From: a virus
DNA: 64,000 bases
Strand: one strand, 5' to 3'
UHGV virus genome: UHGV-0298424
Shown here: positions 48,703 to 59,472 of the stretch, piece after piece
Layout: each line of letters opens with the position of its first letter
Numbering within the stretch: position 1 is the stretch's first letter
The notes under the pieces: generated by a model
What the model was told of the DNA's origin: nothing
Database searches by the model: none
What the model saw: only the letters and a program-made list of their open reading frames with translations
Program-made: the position numbers and the translations under genes

Positions 48703-51700
48703 ATGAAAGCGTATCCTTACGATCCTCGGGGGACGAAAACCGAGAATCACTTCTTAGAGGAGCGTATCATCGGGTCAGAAAACAACAACGATCGGGTGGT
48801 GATTTTAGACCATCGCCCGTTCTTTGAAGATTTAGTCGTCAGACAACCAGGTTCAACCACCCCACTGAGTCGTGGGGTGGACTACGAACTGCAATATCAG
48901 CTGACGGAACTGGATGACTCGGTAGCAGCCAACGTGTATTGTGGGGTACACCTTATCAACCCTTCCATCAAAGGCATCGTAACCTTTGAAGGACAAATGC
49001 TCGGCGGTACGTTCTACGACCCGTTTGTTGATATTCTCGATGAGCTGGTGAAATATTTGAATAACCCAGTCAGCGCTGACTGGTTGTTATTAGAAGGCAG
49101 ACCGTCGTTATACCCGGCTACGCCTGCGGCAACGTCTTGGGCGGATTTGCTAAACAAAAAATATTTAGCGTCGGCAGTCCACGATGTTGAATTGAAAACC
49201 GATGACGCTAACCAGTTAATTAAAGATAAATTAGCCGAAGTTAAAGCGTTAGTCGCCGCGCTGGGTAAAGAAATCGAGACATTTAACTACCCGGCACACA
49301 TCGCGGAAACCAACCCGCACCAAACCACTTCTGCACAGATTAACGCACATCCTGTTAACTTGAAAACACCCGACACCTTTATGGCGTACGGGTTAAAGTT
49401 GAAAGCATTGACGGATGAGCTGAAAGCGTTTCGTTTACCACAGTCAGTTATTGACACGTATATCTCCCACTGGATTTCTTCAGAAGTACGGGGTGTGTTT
49501 AACTGTACGGTGTCAGGAAACCGTGCACAGTTCCGCTCAAAAAACGGTGAGTCAGAAATCATTTTTGCGAATGATGGCTTTACGTTAAAATCCAACGGTT
49601 CTGTAGTGTTAGCGGTAGGGCATCTGGAAGGAACGGGTGCAGGACGTTACATTAACTGGCGTGCTGGTAAAAACATCCTACGTATCGAGTCAACAGGCGA
49701 TGCTTTAGGGATGAACAAACTCACCCTAAACGGTAACCCGTTACTGACCACCACAGCATTGATGGAATACCAACAAGATCCTGATGCTGGCGGGAGCGGT
49801 GGCGGTGACCCCGACGACTCAAAGGTGTACATCGAAGGCCGTAATGGGATTAGCTTCACCGGTAAAGGCTCTCGGACCGATCCTATCGTGGGTACTATCG
49901 ACCCGACGAAAGCGACAACCACTGAAAAAGGTGTTGTTAAGCTTAAAACTGGTAAAGGTACAGAAATCGTTGGGGTTGCAGCAACTCCGGCTTCGTTAGC
50001 GCCATATGCGACCGACCTATCGGGGTATGTGGCTAAAACGACCATGATTAACGGTAAGCCAATGAATGACGGCTCCAGGACAATCACGAAAGCTGACCTG
50101 GGGTTAGGGCAAGCGGATAATACCGCAGATCTTGACAAACCGTTGTCAACCAAGTTAACTGAGGCGGTTAGCGGTCTAGCAGATGTGGGCCATCATCACG
50201 ATTGGTCGGAGTTAGGTATTTATAAAGCTTCTCAATCTGTTTACGGTATTGGTCGTTATGCAACTAACCAGAACGGTTTGGTTGAAAACCGTGCAGTGGT
50301 ACCGAACATCCTAAAAGAGCTTTCGGCACGTTTAAGTGTGGTCGCTGCGGCAATTGCAAATGCGAAAGAAGGAACAGTCACGGATTTCGCTGCTGTAAAA
50401 GGCGCAGACTGGCGATTTAATAGCCAGGGTACGGCAATCTCCGTTCAGGATTTGAAATATTTCTATTTGCTGGACGGCATGAAAGGTGACAGTACCGTTA
50501 CCGGTGCGATTGACCTGCAAACCACTCCGATGTTTAACTGGTTCTCACCGAACAACCAACTTGAGCTGACTTGGCCTACGGGTAAGGTGAGTAAAGGTAC
50601 CGGGATTAGTTGGGATGGAATTGTTGATCCCCCAACAATGGGGTTTCAGTCAGTTCCGGTAGGTAAAAGCGCCACCCAGATGGGCGTTCAGTCCGTTGTA
50701 TCGGTACTGGCTAAAACGCGCGTCAAAGCTCGTCAGAAAAGGCTGTTTGTTTATGCCGCTGGCGGTGGGACAATAACCGTTTATGTAAATGGTGTTGTAG
50801 GCGCTACTGGTGCGTCGCCATTGTTAATGAACTATGGAACGTCTCCAGATGTTGAAAACTACACAATTGCTGTTAAAGCAGAGTGTAGTGACACGGCTAA
50901 ATCTGCAGCGGTACAGTTCGAAGTTTACGATGGTGACTACCCCGTTTATTTCAGTGGTCCTGAAACGCGTGTAGAGCTTCTCCAGGAGTTTGTCACAACG
51001 CATGTAGGTATTCGTCATTATTTGTACGTTAACATGCTCACAGGCTCTCTGTATTCGCGTGCTGAACCAGTTCAAGGATTTGAGGTCGATCCAGAACGCG
51101 GATATATCGGTTATGTTGATATCGTTCCTGGTCAGTCTTACGCGAATAAAACCGTGGGATTTGAAACCACGTTTGATTTCGGGAAAAGTGCGGAAGTTAG
51201 CGAGCATAATAGTATTCGTAAGGCACACGGTCTCAACGCTGCGGACTGGTCACTGACGGATAACCCACGGTTGCCGTTATTAAACCGTGCTATTGCCGAA
51301 CCAAGAGCGTGTATCTTTAGGAAACCGTTAGCAACCGCTACAGGGGATGTTTTCCATCTTGTCAGTCGTGGTCTTTATACTTACGCACACAACCAAAACG
51401 TGAAGTCGAGTCTTCAATACGTTGTGATACCTGAAGGTGCTACGCCGTATTGTTGGTTTACACCATTTAACCCGAAAGAAAACAACGCACCGACATTCGA
51501 AGGCTCGTTTGCGTTCGATGTTGACGATGTTGGTGGAACGCAAGCCCTTGCTGCTGCGCCGGATTTGGTTCTATGCACGTCAACGCAAGGTAGCAGCGTT
51601 AAACGTCGCTATCTGCGCATTGACCTAACTACCAAAACCTGTAAGTTGGGGATTGGTTCCCGTTCAGATTCTGCTGTTACGGATATTCCGTTAGTGATGG

Positions 51701-52884
51701 AGGAGTCTGGGGAAACGGCAGTGGCCGCAACGTTTAAGGATGTGTTGTTCAACGGTGAGGAAACCAACGCGGCGACGCTCGACTTGATAGGTTGGGGTGC
51801 CAGCCGAGATAAAATTTCTGCAAACCATGCACCTCGTGGCATGATTCGCTATCGTTACAACGTAAACAGTCGGGTATTACGTTTAGCACTGACGTTCTCA
51901 CAGTTCGGAACGACAACAGTTAAACATCGACAGCTGGAGATTCAATTCCCGTTCGATTTAGTGGATTATTTCACTGGCGACGGTGTGGGATTGTCGTTTA
52001 AAGAACTGTCTGCGAAATGCCGTGTAACGATTAGTCACGCGCTGATTGATCCGGCTACGAGTAACGTCGACATTGATAAGTACCATTACTTACGTTCGTT
52101 GTTCGAATCGTATCTGGATTCGTCCGTTGGGTATTTGGCTGATACCAAAGACGTTGATTTTAGTCAGACTGTGATTGACCCCGCGACTTATGAGATTAGT
52201 CAGAAATACCGCGTTACAGAAAGCATCGCGCTGCCAACCGGCCAGGGAAGTGTTGCTGTTTCACATGACGGTCAGTTGCCTGCGCAGTTCTTTGACCGTA
52301 AGCTGTCTCGTGGTGCCTTGATGGCCAAGAAAGGTGAACTCAACGCTTCCTGGAATAATGAGTGGAGCACGACTAAAGCTGCTGCGAGTCGTTATCGCCA
52401 TAAACTCATTCTACGCTTTGCACAAGGTGCTGATAAACAGCAGTATCGCGTTGCAAAAGTGGCCGGGACGGTGAAGTCTAACTGGCCGGGTAAAGTGATT
52501 ATCGGTGATGCCGGGAAGGACCCGTATGTATCGGCTATTGATAGCGTATCTTTTGCGCTTTCGACCGCCTCTGATACAGGTAAAGCGATTACTCTTACGC
52601 CAAAGGACTTACGTGTAGGTCAGGACATTTATATTGTCTTAGAACCGCCCGGCAATAATCCGGAAGGTTATGAACTTAACTTTACCTGTTCGTTAGATGT
52701 CACTGACGAGAAAGGTGTCCGTCAAGATCAACTCAATGCACAGAGTTTCGAACTCCGTAGCGGCGAAAGTCAGTTCTTAATGGAGAAACGCAACCCGTAC
52801 CATATCACGAGTAAAGCGTGGAAGTGGATTTTGGCTGTACTGAAACGTGAACTTAACGGGAAGCAGTTAGGGGATCGTACTTAG
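48703..52884 (+). CDS. tail fibre protein (about 1393 aa)
   Basis: ATG 48703 after AAGGAGA; shared N-terminal domain; KATTTEKGVVKL and TITKADLGLGQADNTADLDKPLS fibre-shaft motifs; tandem terminator hairpins after stop. Confidence 0.7.
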   Translation: MKAYPYDPRGTKTENHFLEERIIGSENNNDRVVILDHRPFFEDLVVRQPGSTTPLSRGVDYELQYQLTELDDSVAANVYCGVHLINPSIKGIVTFEGQMLGGTFYDPFVDILDELVKYLNNPVSADWLLLEGRPSLYPATPAATSWADLLNKKYLASAVHDVELKTDDANQLIKDKLAEVKALVAALGKEIETFNYPAHIAETNPHQTTSAQINAHPVNLKTPDTFMAYGLKLKALTDELKAFRLPQSVIDTYISHWISSEVRGVFNCTVSGNRAQFRSKNGESEIIFANDGFTLKSNGSVVLAVGHLEGTGAGRYINWRAGKNILRIESTGDALGMNKLTLNGNPLLTTTALMEYQQDPDAGGSGGGDPDDSKVYIEGRNGISFTGKGSRTDPIVGTIDPTKATTTEKGVVKLKTGKGTEIVGVAATPASLAPYATDLSGYVAKTTMINGKPMNDGSRTITKADLGLGQADNTADLDKPLSTKLTEAVSGLADVGHHHDWSELGIYKASQSVYGIGRYATNQNGLVENRAVVPNILKELSARLSVVAAAIANAKEGTVTDFAAVKGADWRFNSQGTAISVQDLKYFYLLDGMKGDSTVTGAIDLQTTPMFNWFSPNNQLELTWPTGKVSKGTGISWDGIVDPPTMGFQSVPVGKSATQMGVQSVVSVLAKTRVKARQKRLFVYAAGGGTITVYVNGVVGATGASPLLMNYGTSPDVENYTIAVKAECSDTAKSAAVQFEVYDGDYPVYFSGPETRVELLQEFVTTHVGIRHYLYVNMLTGSLYSRAEPVQGFEVDPERGYIGYVDIVPGQSYANKTVGFETTFDFGKSAEVSEHNSIRKAHGLNAADWSLTDNPRLPLLNRAIAEPRACIFRKPLATATGDVFHLVSRGLYTYAHNQNVKSSLQYVVIPEGATPYCWFTPFNPKENNAPTFEGSFAFDVDDVGGTQALAAAPDLVLCTSTQGSSVKRRYLRIDLTTKTCKLGIGSRSDSAVTDIPLVMEESGETAVAATFKDVLFNGEETNAATLDLIGWGASRDKISANHAPRGMIRYRYNVNSRVLRLALTFSQFGTTTVKHRQLEIQFPFDLVDYFTGDGVGLSFKELSAKCRVTISHALIDPATSNVDIDKYHYLRSLFESYLDSSVGYLADTKDVDFSQTVIDPATYEISQKYRVTESIALPTGQGSVAVSHDGQLPAQFFDRKLSRGALMAKKGELNASWNNEWSTTKAAASRYRHKLILRFAQGADKQQYRVAKVAGTVKSNWPGKVIIGDAGKDPYVSAIDSVSFALSTASDTGKAITLTPKDLRVGQDIYIVLEPPGNNPEGYELNFTCSLDVTDEKGVRQDQLNAQSFELRSGESQFLMEKRNPYHITSKAWKWILAVLKRELNGKQLGDRT

Positions 52885-52946
52885 GACAGACTGCCTGCGG
52901 GCAGTTGTCTGTCCGTAGGTAACCCCTCCCTGTAATGGGGAGGGGT
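52884..52946 (+). terminator. tandem hairpins after the 1393-aa fibre gene
   Basis: GGACAGACTGCC...GGCAGTTGTCTGTCC then ACCCCTCCC-TGTAAT-GGGGAGGGGT followed by ATTTTATTT. Confidence 0.5.
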
Positions 52947-52978
52947 ATCCATTTTATTTAAAAGTAGGAGTCTTTACG

Positions 52979-55900
52979 ATGCCGAGAGAAGACGCGGCGC
53001 AGTTTAACGGTACGCTAAGCACAGCGACGTACCCTAACCGATTTAACGTGGTCATTCCGCCTGAAGGACCTTTTTATCGTATCGGATTAAAACTCACAGT
53101 AGCCGACGATACCGCGCCTAACGGACGTCGTACTCTGATTGAGGGGTTGGACTACTATTTAGGCTATTACTTTAAAGAACTCGCAGAAGCTGAACAAGAT
53201 CAGATTTATGGCGGGTTTATGTTGCTTACTGCAACAGAAATCGAATATGAGATTTTAGGGGTAGCACGGCAGTATCGTGTACCGCAATCTGAAATCGGGA
53301 AGTTCTTAGTTCGTACTGACCTGAAAGACCCGCGTAACGTGGACTGGTCGGAGTTAATGGCGTACGCGCCGGTTATTCAACCAATCGACCCCCCTGCTAA
53401 CTTAGAAGAAGCTATTCTGAGGGACGAGGTCGTTAAAGCGTTGAACGATATCCGTAAGAAAATCGTTCAGCGTTCAACAGAGTTAGATGCGGCCTTCACC
53501 GAAGTCACTAACCTGATTTACGAGAACGGTAAAAAGATTTTCGATGAAGAACTATACCAACACCACCTTAATCCTAACGCTCACCAGTATACGACCAATG
53601 ACGTTGGGGCCCTTCCGGTTTTAGGACGTGCTGTTGACGCTACAAAAGCGTTTGGGTTGACAATTGACCAACTGGCTACGCTGATGGGTTCGGCGGGCAT
53701 TGAGCAATCAGACGTTGAACAGCTAATGGGTGAAGCCCTCGGTACCGTTTACGGTCGTTGGGGCACCACGAACGGTAACGAACTAACGTTTAAAACACCG
53801 GGTGGACACATCATCAGCATCCGTGGTGATAAGTGGTTAATTACCTCCCCGCAACCGTTAGTGATTAAAGCAGACCAAGACAACAACGAATCCGGTTTGG
53901 CGGTTGAGTTTAGTGCGGGACTGAATACGCTTTGGGTACACTCTGGGTCAGAACAGGATGTATTAGCACCGGTCTATAACTCTGTGTATCTCGTTACACC
54001 AGAAATGGTGAACATGTACCTGACGTCTGTAACGTTACTTGAAGCGAATGCCTATTTCAAACCGTCAGACACCGTAAAACCGTACGGTACAGCGAAGCAG
54101 TCTAACCCACTAACGTTGAACGCGAATATTCCCACAGCAACCGAGTCGGTTTATGGGGTGTTTTCGATTACGAATATCGCAACCTCTGTAGCGCTAGGCA
54201 CTGCTATTTCCCAAAAGGCTGTGACCGAGTTAAAAAACCGGTTGGACTTGTACGTTGACGACGACTACACGGTTAACGGTAAAGGGTTTGTTAAGACAGG
54301 CGACAACATGGTGTTAACCTTAACGAAGGCCGATTTCGGTATCGATAAGATGAATAACACCACACCCATCGCTAAACCGGTAACAAAAGCATTAGCGAAC
54401 GTGCTGAAAAATAAAAGTTTGAAGGTACACACGCACACTACCGCTGATTTGGATAATGTCCCGATTGGTAGCGCAACAGTTGACGGTATCTTACAGCTGT
54501 GGGATGCGATTGATACCACGAATGATAAAGCCGTCACATCACGCCAAGGGTGGCTGTTCGCAAAAGAGATTAAGAAGGTCTCTGATAAACTGAATACCCT
54601 CTTGCCCGCATGGACAACGGCCGGGAGCAAATATACCAACAATTCGATATTGCCGATCTTGTCGATGGGTAATTACGAAGGTTATGGTAAAAACATGGAT
54701 GCGCTCCAGATGGTTATAGGGGTACAACAAGGTAAGCTTTATGCTTTAATTAGCTCTAAATCCGCCCTTCCGGGAACTGAGGGTATTTATTACGCTGTTG
54801 CTGGGTTAAAAAACGACAAAAGTCTCGGTGAAATTTACAAAACAACTTTCCGTTATAAGCCGAAAGGGTTAGAGACGAATTATCCGGGGGTGGAACTAAA
54901 AGAAATTACCGTTACTGGTACCGAAGCATTTATAGCGAAGGGCAGCGACGATAATTATTATTTAGTTAAACTGAACGGTTCAATGGATTACACCAAACAT
55001 ACCGATGTCAGGTTGGTAACTTTCTCAGAATTTGTTTCAGAAACAACATGGGAATTTGTGCCGAATATGTTCATGGATCGTGTGGTCATAGCCGATAACG
55101 GCGTCTATGTTTTGCGTACGATGCTAATGGCCGATCTGAAAAACAATACTCTGGTGGACTACATTAAGGATACCCCACAACCCATGTTCCGTGTTGGCTT
55201 ATTGCGGCTTAATAAAACCGATCGGTTTGAACAGGTTGATTTAAGGTCTACACGAAAAATCGGTAAGTGTGCCGATTTGGTTGAACCTGGCGCGTTCGAT
55301 GTAGATAATCCGAATACGAAGCGTCTTGCCTACTTCACTGCGGAAGGCAAAGCGTTGTGGACAGTGAACTTACAATTAACTAGAGGGTCGTCAAGATGGA
55401 TAACGCCCGTTGTTAAGGACGGTCACTTGTTAACCGTCGGCGTGTCTGGTGTTTGTCTTGGTTTTTCTTCAACGAAAGGTACCACATTCGGGCCATGGAA
55501 TGGTGCTTATCGTCTTGACCTATTAACCGGGGAGGTTGGGTTAGAGACAACTAACGTCTTCCCAATCAAAATCGATACTACAGGTTGTTACTTAAAAGAC
55601 GGAACAAAAATAGAGCTGAAATGGAAATGGGCTACTCGAAGTTCTGGCTATATGGCCGACAATAGAATCTGTGTCGGTGATATGGTTTATTCTTGCTGCT
55701 GTTCGACAGAAAAACAACTCGCACCATCTCTCCATTACCAGAAACTCCCAGAAGGAGTTAGTTATCTGGACTATGTTAAGTTGAGTGTGGGGTATGAGGG
55801 GCAATCTACGTTTGAAAATCGGATAAACCCTGTGGTGGGTTCGGTGTGGAAACCGTCTATGACCTTCCCATTGTTCTTCCCAGGAACAAACAAAGTATGG

Positions 55901-58165
55901 CTTAAACATCAAAAATCGGCTTATTTCATTGAAGCCGAATATGATAAAAATACGACCTATGGTTATCCTGGATACGGTGGTTTTGGACCAACATCCCGCC
56001 GTGTTGAAAAAACAGCGAACGAATACGGCATATTGACAAATATACCGCTGGTTGTTACGCCAGAAATACCGAACGGCCTACTAGAAGGGGCTTATTTTAT
56101 CGGTGCCGAAAGTAAACCGTGTACAGTTGTTTACGGTACCACTACGGTGGGTAGTGATCGGTTGTCTATCGATGCGGCAGAATGGGCGAAGCTGACTAAT
56201 ATTGTTCAGTCCAGCCAGTTCTCCGGGGCATCTAACGGCAACGCCTATGAGCGGATTAGCGTAGCTAAGACCAAAAAGAACAACTACAGTTTGTCCTTTT
56301 GGGTGCTTGGTCAAACGATGTCTGGTGGTCCGCTTTGTATCGCGATAGTGAGTCTTATCTATAAAGACACTGACGGGGTAAATAAGTTTGCTTTTTACTT
56401 CTTTCAGGTAAAACCGACTATAACCAACGGGGTCATAAGGTTCGTTAGTTCGGAAGCGAGAATGATGACGTTCAGGGAAAAAGTGGCCAGTAACGCCATT
56501 AATCTCTCACCCACAGCTTTTAATGGTGAACTTAAACAACGCTCCGGTCAAGTTTTCCTTTATTCGCAAGACGGACAAAAGTTCAGATTCTCAATACATA
56601 ACCTGGTTGGTGGGAATCTTGTAGGATCAGAGATTTCTTTTGCTTTTGGGATAAACTTGACTAAAAAAGGCGAATGGTTTACCGGCGAAATTCATCGGGC
56701 GTGGGGCTATACGTATACGCTGAATAATACATCTGAAGTCTATATACCCGATCTCTCGGGCATCGCGCTATTGACTTGTAACTCGGAAGATTTAAACGAG
56801 TTGTATCTCGGCGGCGAACAGTATAGAATCTCTGATTTGTTTAACAAAAAATATACTGTTATCGATAAGATTATTATTGGCGGCGTACAAACACAGAGCG
56901 GTTGGAATTTCTATCTGACGGAGGAAACCGAGTTAAGTTTTGGAAATAAAAGATATACCGTTCCAAGATGGTCCGTTGATTTAAGCGATGAATTCCCGAC
57001 TAATCACGCTAACCAGACGTTCTACGTTTATGCTGAAGTGGTCGGTTCTACTGCCCAATACCGCATCGGTTTAGAGCAGTTAGCTGATACCTCGTCGAGA
57101 CTGTTTGTTGGGACAGTAACCACTGATTCGAACCGTATTACGGATATCAGTATCGATAAAGTAAAACGGTTAGGTCGTGTAAAAGAGCTGGAAAATCATG
57201 CCTCGATTGTTGATCAACACGATGTGGCGCAGGCATTCGACAGGAAAACTGGCCCACTATTAACGCTGGTTAATAAACCCGTTAAAGTCGTTACAGCATC
57301 TGCGAGCAAGGGTGCTGGGTATGTCGATGGTCAGAAATGGAATACGTTGTCCGGGATTACAACACGTTCCAGGTTGCCGGTACAGGAAACCTATTCAGGT
57401 TATAAAAGTATCAGCAGGGTGGCGTATGAGAACTGCGCTGACCAGTTCTGGCAGAAAGCGGTTGCTGCGAACGTTGCAGCGGCTACTGCTTCTGAGAACA
57501 AACAAGCAGCAACCGCGAACATGAAGTGGTTGGGCGCGTATACGAAACCGACTACTGGCGAGTATGCATATCTGGCATTGAGTCTGCGTGTTAAAGTACC
57601 TGGCGATCCTGGTACTGCTAATCGTAGACTGAAAATCAGGCTTGCGGCCCCGACAGGTATAACTCAAGTTCGTTACGGGCTAAATCAGTCTGGCGGTACG
57701 ATGACTGAACAGACAGTAACGCTAACTGCTAACAGTTACCTGGAAAAAGAACACGCGGGATTTAAGCCAGCCGCCGAAGTCCGCCTTCATGCTACGTTTG
57801 TCATTCCAAAAAATGAATACGATAGTTACCGGACCAAATTTGGTGCTGTTCAGCTGATTGACGTTGAGACGAACACTGTCATTAAACAGACAGATATCGA
57901 CACACCGTTTATCGTGTACACCGCCACAGAGCAAGCGGCACAATCTGGTTTGGTGTATAAAGCGGTTAAGAGTCAGTTTCGTCAACTCCCGGCTCAACCT
58001 GTCGTCATTGTAACTGATGGACAGACAGGGACTACACCACCGGTGAAAACCGCGTTTTCTGACGGGACATTAACGGTCTACGTGGCAACCACGTACGATG
58101 CGGTTAACCCAGCACAAACTCGCGATATCGATAAGCTCCAGTTCAATCTTATGTTTACATCTTAA
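52979..58165 (+). CDS. tail fibre protein (1728 aa)
   Basis: shared N-terminal domain (PPEGPFYRIGL...GLDYYLGYYF); LTLTKADFGIDKMNNTTPIAKPVT motif; very long ORF. Confidence 0.65.
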   Translation: MPREDAAQFNGTLSTATYPNRFNVVIPPEGPFYRIGLKLTVADDTAPNGRRTLIEGLDYYLGYYFKELAEAEQDQIYGGFMLLTATEIEYEILGVARQYRVPQSEIGKFLVRTDLKDPRNVDWSELMAYAPVIQPIDPPANLEEAILRDEVVKALNDIRKKIVQRSTELDAAFTEVTNLIYENGKKIFDEELYQHHLNPNAHQYTTNDVGALPVLGRAVDATKAFGLTIDQLATLMGSAGIEQSDVEQLMGEALGTVYGRWGTTNGNELTFKTPGGHIISIRGDKWLITSPQPLVIKADQDNNESGLAVEFSAGLNTLWVHSGSEQDVLAPVYNSVYLVTPEMVNMYLTSVTLLEANAYFKPSDTVKPYGTAKQSNPLTLNANIPTATESVYGVFSITNIATSVALGTAISQKAVTELKNRLDLYVDDDYTVNGKGFVKTGDNMVLTLTKADFGIDKMNNTTPIAKPVTKALANVLKNKSLKVHTHTTADLDNVPIGSATVDGILQLWDAIDTTNDKAVTSRQGWLFAKEIKKVSDKLNTLLPAWTTAGSKYTNNSILPILSMGNYEGYGKNMDALQMVIGVQQGKLYALISSKSALPGTEGIYYAVAGLKNDKSLGEIYKTTFRYKPKGLETNYPGVELKEITVTGTEAFIAKGSDDNYYLVKLNGSMDYTKHTDVRLVTFSEFVSETTWEFVPNMFMDRVVIADNGVYVLRTMLMADLKNNTLVDYIKDTPQPMFRVGLLRLNKTDRFEQVDLRSTRKIGKCADLVEPGAFDVDNPNTKRLAYFTAEGKALWTVNLQLTRGSSRWITPVVKDGHLLTVGVSGVCLGFSSTKGTTFGPWNGAYRLDLLTGEVGLETTNVFPIKIDTTGCYLKDGTKIELKWKWATRSSGYMADNRICVGDMVYSCCCSTEKQLAPSLHYQKLPEGVSYLDYVKLSVGYEGQSTFENRINPVVGSVWKPSMTFPLFFPGTNKVWLKHQKSAYFIEAEYDKNTTYGYPGYGGFGPTSRRVEKTANEYGILTNIPLVVTPEIPNGLLEGAYFIGAESKPCTVVYGTTTVGSDRLSIDAAEWAKLTNIVQSSQFSGASNGNAYERISVAKTKKNNYSLSFWVLGQTMSGGPLCIAIVSLIYKDTDGVNKFAFYFFQVKPTITNGVIRFVSSEARMMTFREKVASNAINLSPTAFNGELKQRSGQVFLYSQDGQKFRFSIHNLVGGNLVGSEISFAFGINLTKKGEWFTGEIHRAWGYTYTLNNTSEVYIPDLSGIALLTCNSEDLNELYLGGEQYRISDLFNKKYTVIDKIIIGGVQTQSGWNFYLTEETELSFGNKRYTVPRWSVDLSDEFPTNHANQTFYVYAEVVGSTAQYRIGLEQLADTSSRLFVGTVTTDSNRITDISIDKVKRLGRVKELENHASIVDQHDVAQAFDRKTGPLLTLVNKPVKVVTASASKGAGYVDGQKWNTLSGITTRSRLPVQETYSGYKSISRVAYENCADQFWQKAVAANVAAATASENKQAATANMKWLGAYTKPTTGEYAYLALSLRVKVPGDPGTANRRLKIRLAAPTGITQVRYGLNQSGGTMTEQTVTLTANSYLEKEHAGFKPAAEVRLHATFVIPKNEYDSYRTKFGAVQLIDVETNTVIKQTDIDTPFIVYTATEQAAQSGLVYKAVKSQFRQLPAQPVVIVTDGQTGTTPPVKTAFSDGTLTVYVATTYDAVNPAQTRDIDKLQFNLMFTS

Positions 58166-58205
58166 CGCCACGAGACAAGGACGTCTCGGATTAAGGAGAG
58201 TGGCC

Positions 58206-59405
58206 ATGGCCTCCATTGTATACCAATACCCTTTAGATTTAACGGGAACCCTAACCTCTAACGCCGTGGAGCGTCAGATTACGTTAGGTACAGGCAAAGT
58301 TAACCGTGCGTTTGCTTTCCCTGATGGTCCGTTTTATGCCGATACGTTCCGCTTGCGGGTTGCCAATCGACCTGGAGCGACATATGAGCGTGGAACGGAC
58401 TATGAACTGATTTTTGCACACCCGGCTTATGAGAAATTGACGAAGAACCGGGAAGTGGTAATGGCGGTTGTTGTAACGAACACCGCGATTCCGACCGATA
58501 TCACGGTATCGGCGCAAGTAGTTGGTGGTCCGCAGTCTGCAAATGTGACCGCGATTGAGCAAGCGATTGCCGAGTTGAAACTCGATAATCGAACTGTTGG
58601 CTTTAAAGACTTGCGAAATGTGCCGGACACGTTTCCTTCAGCACCAACGTATAAAGACGTCGGTGATATTTACGGCTTCGAATATATCATTACAGTGCTC
58701 GCTGGCATTAAAGATGCGATAACTGCGGGTGATGCTGTACAGCTTGAGAACATCAAAGCGATTCTCGAAAGCCTGAAAAACGATTTCCTGGACGCGCTGA
58801 ACGCGCACATTAACTCCACTGGTAACGTCCACCATCTGGATATTCATCAGGTTAACGGGTTAACAGAAACGGAAATCCGCGCTTTAATTCGCAGTGTTCA
58901 GACAGCCATTGATGCAACGATTGCCGATATCAATGCATTGAAGAAAGCGGACGTAGCGTTAGGAAAACGTATTGATGCCGTTGTCAAATCTCTGGAAGCG
59001 TGGAACGACCAACTTAACGTCGTTGCACAAAACTACCAGAAAATGGCACTGGCAATGGCGAACCTAAACTCGTTAGTGTTACAGTTACAGAAAAATATCA
59101 ACGATCTGAGCACCAAACTCAACCAAGCGATTCAACGTATTGCTGCGTTAGAGCAACGGGGTAATGAGACTGATCAGAAAATTGATAAACTGCAACAAAA
59201 CCTGGATGCGCTTAAACAACAGGTTGCGAATAACACGAACGCTATTAGTCAGGCGAATCAGAACCTACAAAACCACATTGCGGCGGATAATCCACACACA
59301 GGTTACCTGCACAAGAAATACGGTGGCGTGGTTCAGGCTTCAGTACACGTTAACGCTAACTTGACGTCCCGTGATGACGTTCAGGCAGAAGCAGGTACGA
59401 AATAA
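58206..59405 (+). CDS. coiled-coil fibre protein (fibritin-like)
   Basis: ATG 58206 after AAGGAGAG; N-terminal domain FPDGPFYADTFRL...GTDYELIF homologous to the three giant fibres; long heptad-repeat region. Confidence 0.6.
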   Translation: MASIVYQYPLDLTGTLTSNAVERQITLGTGKVNRAFAFPDGPFYADTFRLRVANRPGATYERGTDYELIFAHPAYEKLTKNREVVMAVVVTNTAIPTDITVSAQVVGGPQSANVTAIEQAIAELKLDNRTVGFKDLRNVPDTFPSAPTYKDVGDIYGFEYIITVLAGIKDAITAGDAVQLENIKAILESLKNDFLDALNAHINSTGNVHHLDIHQVNGLTETEIRALIRSVQTAIDATIADINALKKADVALGKRIDAVVKSLEAWNDQLNVVAQNYQKMALAMANLNSLVLQLQKNINDLSTKLNQAIQRIAALEQRGNETDQKIDKLQQNLDALKQQVANNTNAISQANQNLQNHIAADNPHTGYLHKKYGGVVQASVHVNANLTSRDDVQAEAGTK

Positions 59406-59414
59406 TTTAATTAC

Positions 59415-59460
59415 AGGAGGAACTATGTTTATGGACGTAGTCCTCCATTCTTTTTTATTT
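59415..59460 (+). terminator. hairpin plus T-run between fibre gene and Cys-rich gene A
   Basis: AGGAGGA...TCCTCC stem then TTTTTTATTTT; also contains a 12-codon mini-ORF after AGGAGG. Confidence 0.3.
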
Positions 59461-59472
59461 TAAGGATACGTG

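Noticed and set aside
44759-58000. Many 60-130 aa ORFs on the minus strand and in alternate frames within the giant fibre genes
   Set aside because: All are embedded in ORFs of over 1300 aa on the plus strand; expected by chance at this length.
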